The notes beneath the pieces were generated by a model. It saw nothing but the letters and a program-made list of their open reading frames with translations, was not told where the DNA came from and made no database searches. Below, piece after piece: positions 1 to 7,479 of a stretch of DNA of 8,500 bases. Made by a program: the position numbers and the translations under genes. The stretch is from a virus (lineage: Duplodnaviria > Heunggongvirae > Uroviricota > Caudoviricetes), in the IMG/VR virus record IMGVR_UViG_2534681793_000001; one strand, written 5' to 3'. Position 1 is the first letter of the stretch; every line of letters starts with the position of its first letter.

Positions 1-125
1 CTGGTTGTCTGGAGATTCAGGGGGCCAGTCTAGCTACGTCGCTGGACATATGCTGGCGGTAAGCAATGGAAAGGTCTCATGACTCGTCGTGAGATTGAGC
101 GTGAAATCTGTTTGTGGGGTCAGCA

Positions 126-590
126 ATGAACAGAGTAACCGCGATTATCTCCGCTCTGGTTATCTGCATCATCGTCTGCCTGTCATGGGCTGTTAATCAT
201 TACCGTGATAACGCCATTACCTACAAAGCCCAGCGCGACAAAAATGCCAGAGAACTGAAGCTGGCGAACGCGGCAATTACTGACATGCAGATGCGTCAGC
301 GTGATGTTGCTGCGCTCGATGCAAAATACACGAAGGAGTTAGCTAATGCGAAAGCTGAAAATGATGCTCTGCGTGATGATGTTGCCGCTGGTCGTCGTCG
401 GTTGCACATCAAAGCAGTCTGTCAGTCAGTGCGTGAAGCCACCACCGCCTCCGGCGTGGATAATGCAGCCTCCTCCCGACTGGCAGACACCGCTGAACGG
501 GATTATTTCACCCTCCGGGAACGACTGGTAATGATGCAGGCCCAACTTGAAGGTGCTCAGCAATACATAACCGAGCAGTGTTTAAAGTAA
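126..590 (+). CDS. rz: Rz-type i-spanin (inner-membrane spanin subunit), lambda Rz homologue
   Basis: Translation [28 protein letters not shown]... has one N-terminal TM helix followed by a charged, coiled-coil-like periplasmic domain; near-identical to lambda Rz as I recall it; carries an embedded +1-frame lipoprotein ORF. ORF track starts at GTG 114 but ATG 126 gives the canonical MNRVT N-terminus. Confidence 0.9.
   Translation: MNRVTAIISALVICIIVCLSWAVNHYRDNAITYKAQRDKNARELKLANAAITDMQMRQRDVAALDAKYTKELANAKAENDALRDDVAAGRRRLHIKAVCQSVREATTASGVDNAASSRLADTAERDYFTLRERLVMMQAQLEGAQQYITEQCLK
346..531 (+). CDS. rz1: Rz1-type o-spanin (outer-membrane lipoprotein) embedded in the +1 frame of Rz
   Basis: 61-aa [27 protein letters not shown]... 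with signal peptide, lipobox LVVVGC, and proline-rich mature part ([15 protein letters not shown]); wholly nested in Rz, the classic lambda Rz/Rz1 architecture. Confidence 0.85.
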   Translation: MRKLKMMLCVMMLPLVVVGCTSKQSVSQCVKPPPPPAWIMQPPPDWQTPLNGIISPSGNDW

Positions 591-727
591 AATCTTAACT
601 ACAATATGATTCATTTTGATGATTGTTTCATAAGGAACAGTGAAGTAAGATCTAAGAGGAGTTAAATTTTATACAGTATAATCATAATATTGCAGCAAGG
701 TGGTTATAATTGAAAGAATATTTAGAT

Positions 728-2185
728 ATGAATACATCTCATGTAAGAGTTGTTACTCATATGTGTGGGTTCCTGGTTTGGCTCTATAGTCTTTCAATGT
801 TGCCACCAATGGTTGTAGCATTGTTTTATAAAGAAAAAAGCCTGTTTGTTTTCTTTATAACTTTCGTTATATTTTTTTGCATTGGTGGCGGAGCGTGGTA
901 TACAACTAAGAAATCTGGCATTCAATTACGTACCCGTGATGGGTTTATTATAATTGTAATGTTTTGGATTTTGTTTTCTGTTATTAGTGCATTCCCTTTA
1001 TGGATTGACTCAGAACTTAATTTAACGTTCATTGATGCTCTGTTTGAAGGGGTTTCTGGAATAACAACAACAGGAGCAACTGTAATTGATGATGTTAGTT
1101 CATTACCTCGGGCATATTTGTACTATCGGTCACAGTTAAATTTTATAGGTGGTTTAGGAGTTATTGTTCTGGCGGTTGCTGTATTGCCATTATTGGGTAT
1201 TGGTGGTGCAAAGCTTTATCAGTCAGAAATGCCGGGGCCATTTAAGGATGACAAACTCACTCCCCGCCTGGCCGATACGTCACGGACACTGTGGATAACT
1301 TATTCTTTATTAGGTATTGCTTGTATTGTCTGTTATAGACTTGCAGGAATGCCTTTGTTTGATGCTATTTGTCACGGGATTTCCACAGTTTCGCTTGGTG
1401 GTTTCTCAACTCATAGCGAGAGTATCGGATATTTTAATAACTATTTGGTTGAGCTGGTGGCTGGTTCTTTTTCCCTGCTATCGGCTTTCAACTTCACTCT
1501 TTGGTATATTGTTATTAGCAGGAAAACGATAAAACCTTTAATCAGAGATATTGAACTTCGTTTCTTTCTGTTAATAGCCTTAGGGGTGATCATTGTTACC
1601 TCTTTCCAGGTCTGGCATATAGGTATGTATGACTTGCATGGAAGTTTTATTCATTCGTTTTTTCTTGCCAGCTCCATGCTCACTGATAATGGTTTAGCTA
1701 CGCAGGATTATGCAAGTTGGCCCACGCACACGATAGTGTTTTTGCTGTTGTCAAGTTTCTTTGGGGGATGTATAGGTTCAACTTGTGGTGGAATTAAGTC
1801 ACTTCGATTTCTTATACTTTTCAAACAAAGCAAACACGAGATAAATCAGCTTTCTCATCCCAGAGCGTTGTTGAGTGTAAATGTAGGAGGGAAGATAGTT
1901 ACAGATCGTGTAATGAGGTCTGTATGGAGTTTCTTTTTTCTTTATACTCTCTTCACGGTGTTTTTTATACTGGTGTTAAATGGTATGGGATATGATTTTC
2001 TTACATCATTTGCAACAGTGGCTGCATGTATTAATAATATGGGATTAGGTTTTGGGGCTACTGCATCGTCATTCGGAGTGCTTAATGACATTGCAAAATG
2101 TTTAATGTGCATAGCTATGATTCTTGGTCGCCTTGAAATTTATCCTGTTATTATATTGTTTTCAGGTTTTTTTTGGCGCTCCTAA
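728..2185 (+). CDS. trkG: TrkG/TrkH-family potassium uptake membrane protein
   Basis: 485-aa polytopic membrane protein from ATG 728 (ORF track starts at TTG 710); contains Trk family signatures GITTTGATV, GIGGAKLYQSEMPGP and GGCIGSTCGGIK; matches my recollection of E. coli Rac-prophage TrkG. Strongly AT-rich relative to flanking DNA. Confidence 0.9.
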   Translation: MNTSHVRVVTHMCGFLVWLYSLSMLPPMVVALFYKEKSLFVFFITFVIFFCIGGGAWYTTKKSGIQLRTRDGFIIIVMFWILFSVISAFPLWIDSELNLTFIDALFEGVSGITTTGATVIDDVSSLPRAYLYYRSQLNFIGGLGVIVLAVAVLPLLGIGGAKLYQSEMPGPFKDDKLTPRLADTSRTLWITYSLLGIACIVCYRLAGMPLFDAICHGISTVSLGGFSTHSESIGYFNNYLVELVAGSFSLLSAFNFTLWYIVISRKTIKPLIRDIELRFFLLIALGVIIVTSFQVWHIGMYDLHGSFIHSFFLASSMLTDNGLATQDYASWPTHTIVFLLLSSFFGGCIGSTCGGIKSLRFLILFKQSKHEINQLSHPRALLSVNVGGKIVTDRVMRSVWSFFFLYTLFTVFFILVLNGMGYDFLTSFATVAACINNMGLGFGATASSFGVLNDIAKCLMCIAMILGRLEIYPVIILFSGFFWRS

Positions 2186-2271
2186 TATATGGCTGATTTA
2201 TAATTGTGAGTTTAATATTATGTTGACTCACTCATTGATCCAATACCTAACTTTACCAGCAACACCTCCGT

Positions 2272-2306
2272 CCCCAGTAGCACTGGCTGCTGGGGTGCGT
2301 TTTATT
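2272..2306 (+). terminator. Putative rho-independent terminator downstream of trkG
   Basis: 10-bp GC-rich stem CCCCAGTAGC / GCTGCTGGGG (one G-U wobble) with 4-nt loop ACTG, followed 4 nt later by TTTTATT; lies 87 nt past the trkG stop. The U-tract is not immediately adjacent to the stem, so only moderate support. Confidence 0.4.
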
Positions 2307-2322
2307 CATAAAGCAAGGCTGT

Positions 2323-2760
2323 ATGAGCGAGAAATTAAAGATAGTCTATCGCCCATTACAAGAATTGTCACCGTATGCGCACAACGCCAGGACGCACAGT
2401 ACTGAGCAGGTGGCACAACTGGTAGAAAGTATTAAGCAATTCGGCTGGACTAATCCGGTGCTGATTGACGAAAAGGGCGAAATTATTGCGGGTCACGGTC
2501 GTGTTATGGCGGCTGAAATGCTCAAAATGGATTCTGTTCCGGTCATTGTTCTGTCTGGCCTGACGGATGAGCAGAAAAAGGCGTACCGCCTGGCAGATAA
2601 TCGCCTGCCGATGAATGCTGGCTGGGATGAAGATCTGTTGCGGATGGAGCTGTCGGACCTAATCAATGCTGATTTTGATGTCTCCCTGACAGGCTTCATC
2701 CCGACAGAAATTGATGAACTGTTGACGGATGTTTTGCCCGGTACAGGAACTGGAAATTGA
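2323..2760 (+). CDS. ParB-like nuclease domain (ParB N-terminal/sulfiredoxin fold) protein, probably truncated by frameshift
   Basis: MSEKLKIVYRPLQELSPYAHNARTHS...IAGHGRVMAAEMLKMDSVPVIVL...YRLADNRL carries the ParB N-domain motif pattern (PYxxNxRxHS, GxxR..AA, VPV, LADN). Ends at TGA 2758-2760 while an open frame continues in frame +2. Confidence 0.8.
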   Translation: MSEKLKIVYRPLQELSPYAHNARTHSTEQVAQLVESIKQFGWTNPVLIDEKGEIIAGHGRVMAAEMLKMDSVPVIVLSGLTDEQKKAYRLADNRLPMNAGWDEDLLRMELSDLINADFDVSLTGFIPTEIDELLTDVLPGTGTGN

Positions 2761-2902
2761 ACGGCGCAGAATGGAAAACCAGAAGCTGCGCAAAGAGATC
2801 GAAACGGTGGAAGATAATGAATATCCCCAGCCTGTGGCGATCAATATTAATGTGGTTGATGCCAGAGTAAGGAGTGATGAAGATGATCTCTCCGACGCTT
2901 AA
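2744..2902 (+). pseudogene. Frame-shifted 3' continuation of the ParB-like gene (coiled-coil-like tail), overlapping the terminase start
   Basis: Frame +2 reads QELEIERRRMENQKLRKEIETVEDNEYPQPVAININVVDARVRSDEDDLSDA* directly after the ParB-like stop; skipping one nt in the CCCGG run at 2737-2741 would join the frames (…LTDVLP-VQELEIERRR…). Not in the ORF track because it falls under the size cut-off. Confidence 0.35.
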
Positions 2903-3737
2903 TGTGCCTCAGGCGCGATTTCTTTCAATGCTCCATAAATTTAAAGCCTATATTGCTGGTTTTGGCTCGGGCAAAACATGGGTTGGGTGTGGCGGCATAT
3001 GCAAGGGGATTTGGGAGCATCCAGGTATAAATCAGGGATATTTTGCGCCAACGTATCCCCAAATTCGCGATATTTTTTACCCTACAGTGGAAGAAGTTGC
3101 TGCTGACTGGGGATTGAACGTAAAAATTAATGAGGGAAATAAAGAGGTTCACTTTTATTACGGACGCCAGTATCGGGGAACCACTATCTGCAGATCGATG
3201 GAGAAGCCACAAACGATCGTCGGTTTCAAAATTGGTAATGCGTTGGTGGATGAACTGGACATTTTGCCGAAGGAAAAAGCCAGAACGGCGTGGCGCAAGA
3301 TAATTGCACGTATGCGTTATAAGATTGATGGACTTCGCAACGGTATTGACGTTACAACCACGCCGGAAGGATTCAAATTTGTCTACGAGCAGTTTGTTAA
3401 AGCCGTGCGTGAAAAAACAGAGCTGGCCTCACTGTATGGTCTGGTGCAGGCATCTACTTTCGATAATGAAAAGAACCTGCCAGCAGATTACATTCCTTCG
3501 CTTCTTGAATCATACCCTCCAGAGTTGATTAAAGCCTATCTTCGAGGACAGTTTACTAACCTGACAAGTGGTACTGTTTACCATCAGTTTGACCGGAAAC
3601 TGAATAATTGCGAAGAAGTGGAGCAGCCAGGGGAGCCGATTTATATTGGGATGGATTTTAACGTTGGAAAGATGGCGGGAAGCCATTATGCCATTAACAC
3701 GAACTTCCGATGGTTCTCTTGGTGTCAGAGCTATTAA
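2883..3737 (+). pseudogene. Terminase large subunit, N-terminal ATPase domain only (3'-truncated)
   Basis: Walker A-like AGFGSGKTW, Walker B-like ALVDELDIL, and the beginning of the nuclease domain (EPIYIGMDFNVGK) immediately before the ORF ends; about 285 aa against roughly 450-500 expected. Start ATG 2883 sits 8 nt after SD AAGGAG (2869-2874). Confidence 0.75.
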
Positions 3738-3924
3738 TAGTAAAAGTGGTAATGGAGGCGGAGATATTACCTATGCCCCTGTATACCAAATCACTATTCA
3801 AAATGACGGCCAGAATGGAGAGATTGGCCCTCAGGCAATAAAAGCACTTATGGGGATGGTTGATCAGCGGGTGCAGGGCAATCTGTTAAATATGCGACGT
3901 GATGGGGGAATGTTAAGTGGCTAA
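3694..3924 (+). pseudogene. C-terminal remnant of tail tape-measure protein (lambda H-like), inferred
   Basis: Frame +1 ORF (…GVRAINSKSGNGGGDITYAPVYQITIQNDGQNGEIGPQAIKALMGMVDQRVQGNLLNMRRDGGMLSG*) ends 34 nt before the preferred start of the M-like gene, the position H occupies in lambda. Assignment rests on synteny, not recalled sequence; the 5' boundary is approximate. Confidence 0.45.
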
Positions 3925-3958
3925 TACGGAAGAATTTCACTGGTTACCAGAGGATGGA

Positions 3959-4255
3959 ATGAAAACAGAAAATAAACCATCGATAAAAACTGTAAGATTT
4001 GGCGATGGTTATGAGCAACGAAGTCCAAATGGACTTAATCATTCTCTGCGCGTTTTCACCTGTGATTTCAAAGTTGAGGCGAATGAACGTGATTCATTTG
4101 AAAAATTTTTAGCCCGGCATGAAGGCTATAAATCTTTTTTTTGGCGCCCGCCGGGTATTAACAGAAAAATCAGAGTGGTGTGTCGAACGTGGTCAGCGAC
4201 AGAACATATCACCTATACCGATTTTTCGTGTCAGTTTGACGAAGTGGTGATCTGA
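3959..4255 (+). CDS. M: Minor tail protein M (lambda M homologue)
   Basis: MKTENKPSIKTVRFGDGYEQRSPNGLN...FDEVVI resembles lambda M (…VRFGDGYSQRAPAGLN…EFEQVVN) in sequence and length; SD GAGGA 5 nt upstream of ATG 3959 (ORF track starts at GTG 3917); stop overlaps the L start (TGATG). Confidence 0.85.
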   Translation: MKTENKPSIKTVRFGDGYEQRSPNGLNHSLRVFTCDFKVEANERDSFEKFLARHEGYKSFFWRPPGINRKIRVVCRTWSATEHITYTDFSCQFDEVVI

Positions 4256-4695
4256 TGCAGGACATACAACAGGAAACGCTGAATGAATGCATTCGTGCGG
4301 AGCAGTCGGCCAGCGTGGTGCTCTGGGAAATCGACCTGACAGAGGTCGGTGGAGAACGTTATTTTTTCTGTAATGAGCAGAACGAAAAAGGTGAGCCGGT
4401 CACCTGGCAGGGGCGACAGTATCAGGCCTATCCCATTCAGGGGAGTGGATTTGAGATGAACGGCAAGGGCAGTGCTGCCCGTCCGACACTGACGGTCTCT
4501 AACCTGCACGGCATGATCACCGGGATGGCGGAAGATCTGCAGAGTCTGGTCGGCGGAACGGTGGTCCGGTGTAAGGTTTACGCCCGCTTTCTGGATGCGG
4601 TGAACTTCGTCAACGGAAACAGCGAAGCCGATCCGGAGCAGGAGGTGATCAGCCGCTGGCGCATCGAGCAGTGCAGCGAGCCGGGCTGTGGCTGA
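4255..4695 (+). pseudogene. L: Minor tail protein L (lambda L homologue), truncated after about residue 142
   Basis: MQDIQQETLNECIRAEQSASVVLWEIDLTEVGGERYFFCNEQNEKGEPVTWQGRQYQ...RWRIEQCSE is near-identical to my recollection of the lambda L N-terminus; homology stops at CSE and the ORF ends 4 codons later (PGCG*), against ~232 aa for lambda L. Confidence 0.85.
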
Positions 4696-5510
4696 TTAAA
4701 ACGGAGCTGCTGGAAACGCAGACCGTGGACTTCAGCGTGGGTGCTGAAGGGCTTCGCCATGTACCGGGCGATGTCATTGAAATCTGCGATGATGACTATG
4801 CCGGTATCAGCACCGGCGGGCGCGTGCTGGCGGTGAACAGCCAGAGCCGGACGCTGACGCTCGACCGTGAAATCACGCTGCCATCCTCCGGTACCACGCT
4901 GATAAGCCTGGTTGACGGAAGTGGCAATCCGGTCAGCGTGGAGGTCCAGTCCGTCACCGACGGCGTGAAGGTAAAAGTGAGCCGTGTTCCTGACGGCGTT
5001 GCCGGATACAGCGTATGGGGGCTGAAGTTGCCGACGTTGCGCCAGCGCCTGTTCCGCTGTGTGAGTATCCGTGAGAACGATGACGGCACGTATGCCATCA
5101 CTGCCGTGCAGCATGTACCGGAAAAAGAAGCCATCGTGGATAACGGGGCGCACTTTGACGGCGACCAGAGCGGCACGGTGAATGGTGTCACGCCGCCAGC
5201 GGTGCAGCACCTGACTGCCGAAGTCACCGCAGACAGCGGGGAGTATCAGGTACTGGCCCGCTGGGACACGCCGAAGGTGGTGAAGGGCGTGAGCTTTATG
5301 CTTCGCCTGACCGTGGCAGCGGATGACGGCAGTGAGCGGCTGGTCAGCACGGCCCGGACGACGGAAACCACATACCGCTTCACGCAACTGGCGTTGGGAA
5401 ACTACAGGCTGACAGTCCGGGCGGCAAATGCCTGGGGGCAGCAGGGCGATCCGGCGTCGGTATCGTTCCGGATTCCCGCCGTCACATGCCGGGACCATCA
5501 CCGTGTATGA
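4677..5510 (+). pseudogene. J: Internal fragment of central tail fibre / host-specificity protein J (lambda J-like)
   Basis: Frame +3 RAGLWLIKTELLETQTVDFSVGAEGLRHVPGDVIEICDDDYAGISTGGRVLAVNSQ...YRLTVRAANAWGQQGDPASVSFRI matches an internal (not N- or C-terminal) stretch of lambda J as I recall it; no J N-terminus upstream, and homology ends near 5474. Confidence 0.8.
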
Positions 5511-7479
5511 AGATTCCCGACCCGGTACGCTGAATGATTTTCTCGGTGCCATGACGGAGGATGATGCCCGTCCGGAGGCTCTGCGCCGTTTTGAACTGAT
5601 GGTGGAAGAGGTGGCGCGTAACGCGTCCGCGGTGGCACAGAACACGGCAGCCGCGAAGAAGTCAGCCGGCGATGCCGGCACATCTGCCCGTGAGGCGGCA
5701 ACCCATGCGACTGATGCTGCAGGCTCAGCACGCGCAGCCAGCACGTCAGCCGGACAGGCCGCTTCGTCGGCTCAGTCAGCGTCTTCCAGCGCAGGAACGG
5801 CATCAACAAAGGCCACTGAAGCATCAAAAAGTGCTGCCGCTGCAGAGTCCTCAAAAAGCGCGGCAGCTACCAGTGCCAGTGCCGCGAAAACGTCAGAAAC
5901 GAATGCTGCAGCGTCACAACAATCAGCAGCCACTTCTGCATCCACCGCGACCACGAAAGCGTCAGAAGCTGCCACCTCAGCCCGGGATGCGTCGGCTTCA
6001 AAAGAGGCGGCAAAATCATCAGAAACGAACGCATCCTCGAGCGCCAGTAGCGCAGCTTCCTCGGCAACAGCGGCAGGAAATTCCGCGAAGGCGGCAAAAA
6101 CGTCAGAGACGAACGCCAGGTCTTCTGAAACGGCAGCGGGACAGAGCGCCTCGGCTGCGGCAGGCTCAAAAACAGCGGCTGCGTCGTCTGCCAGTGCAGC
6201 GTCAACAAGTGCCGGGCAGGCCTCAGCCAGTGCCACCGCCGCCGGAAAATCGGCAGAAAGCGCCGCATCGTCTGCTTCAACAGCCACAACGAAGGCTGGC
6301 GAAGCCACTGAACAGGCCAGCGCAGCAGCGAGGTCTGCTTCCGCAGCGAAGACATCCGAAACGAACGCGAAAGCGTCGGAAACCAGCGCAGAATCCTCAA
6401 AAACGGCTGCCGCATCGTCAGCCAGTTCGGCGGCGTCATCGGCATCATCGGCGTCTGCTTCAAAAGATGAGGCGACCAGACAAGCGTCAGCAGCGAAGAG
6501 CAGCGCCACGACGGCATCCACGAAGGCGACAGAGGCTGCTGGCAGTGCGACGGCGGCAGCTCAGAGCAAAAGTACGGCGGAATCCGCGGCAACGCGCGCC
6601 GAGACAGCAGCTAAACGGGCAGAGGATATTGCATCCGCCGTGGCGCTTGAGGATGCAAGTACGACGAAAAAGGGGATAGTACAGCTCAGCAGTGCGACCA
6701 ACAGTACGTCTGAAACGCTGGCGGCAACGCCAAAGGCAGTAAAATCAGCCTATGACAATGCAGAGAAACGTCTGCAGAAAGACCAGAACGGCGCTGATAT
6801 ACCCGATAAGGGATGCTTCCTGAACAACATTAACGCGGTCAGTAAAACAGACTTTGCTGATAAGCGTGGTATGCGTTATATGCGGGTTAACGCTCCTGCA
6901 GGTGCAACATCTGGAAAATATTACCCTGTTGTTGTTATGCGTTCTGCTGGCTCAGTAAGCGAACTGGCATCAAGAGTCATTATCACCACGGCAACGCGAA
7001 CCGCAGGCGATCCGATGAATAACTGCGAGTTTAACGGATTTGTTATGCCTGGTGGCTGGACTGACAGGGGGCGTTATGCTTATGGCATGTTCTGGCAATA
7101 TCAAAACAATGAACGAGCCATTCACTCAATAATGATGAGTAATAAGGGCGATGATTTGCGCTCTGTGTTCTATGTTGATGGCGCTGCTTTCCCTGTTTTT
7201 GCGTTTATTGAAGATGGCCTGTCAATATCCGCACCTGGTGCTGATCTCGTTGTTAATGATACGACCTATAAGTTTGGGGCAACAAATCCGGCGACTGAAT
7301 GTATCGCGGCGGACGTTATCCTTGATTTTAAGAGTGGGCGTGGTTTTTATGAGTCTCATTCGTTAATCGTTAACGATAACTTGTCGTGCAAAAAACTTTT
7401 TGCCACAGACGAAATTGTAGCGCGTGGTGGTAATCAGATTCGAATGAATAGGTGGGGAGTATGGTGCATTATGGCGTAA
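5428..7479 (+). pseudogene. stf: Side tail fibre protein (Stf-like), N-terminally truncated; Ala/Ser-rich repeat region plus divergent central domain
   Basis: From about 5470 frame +1 reads GFPPSHAGTITVYEDSRPGTLNDFLGAMTEDDARPEALRR…, matching lambda Stf from about residue 66 onward by recollection, then a long A/S/T-rich repeat region and KGIVQLSSATNSTSETLAATPKAVK. ATG 5428 is only a chance in-frame start inside J-derived sequence. Ends at TAA 7477-7479 while the fibre continues in frame +2. Confidence 0.8.
5650..6620 (+). repeat. Imperfect tandem coding repeats (Ala/Ser/Thr-rich fibre shaft) within stf
   Basis: Recurring nucleotide unit of the form AAAACGTCAGAAACGAAYGC at about 5887, 6011, 6096 and 6345, each encoding AAK[TS]SETNA, set in continuous A/S/T-rich low-complexity coding sequence. 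Confidence 0.7.

Noticed and set aside
1-113. Possible endolysin C-terminus upstream of Rz
   Set aside because: Frames end at 33, 62 and 82 with translations I cannot match to any endolysin family from memory; too short to call without a search.
640-727. Sigma70-like -10 hexamers (TATAAT at 677-682 and 705-710) upstream of trkG
   Set aside because: No acceptable -35 element at 16-19 bp spacing for either; in DNA this AT-rich such hexamers occur by chance. A promoter probably exists here but I cannot place it.
1317-1532. 71-aa alternate-frame ORF inside trkG
   Set aside because: Nested in another frame of a confidently called membrane transporter gene; no independent support.
2170-2260. Promoter-like elements (TTGGCG…TATAAT at 2174-2204; TTGACT at 2223-2228) upstream of the ParB-like gene
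   Set aside because: Spacing is off (19 nt) or a -10 partner is missing, and the candidate terminator lies between them and the gene; not supportable from sequence alone.
2124-2405. 93-aa plus-strand ORF spanning the trkG 3' end, the candidate terminator and the ParB-like start
   Set aside because: Overlaps two better-supported genes and an intergenic terminator; no sign of a real protein.
2493-3212. Minus-strand ORFs (68, 61 and 95 aa) opposite the ParB-like and terminase genes
   Set aside because: Antisense to confidently called genes; short, no motifs.
3304-3528. 74-aa alternate-frame ORF inside the terminase fragment
   Set aside because: Nested in another frame of the terminase ATPase domain; no support.
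4578-5744. 388-aa minus-strand ORF antisense to the L/J/stf junction region
   Set aside because: Lies entirely opposite well-supported J-like and Stf-like coding sequence; Arg/Ala/Pro-rich composition typical of antisense GC-rich DNA; nothing recognisable.
5772-6592. Two overlapping minus-strand ORFs (249 aa and 241 aa) across the stf repeats
   Set aside because: Antisense to the conserved fibre shaft; Ala/Asp-rich and Leu/Pro/Trp-rich low-complexity products; same repeat artefact.
5672-6679. 335-aa plus-strand ORF, extremely Arg/Gln/Pro-rich
   Set aside because: Alternate frame of the stf A/S/T repeat region; low-complexity translation is a frame artefact of the repeats.
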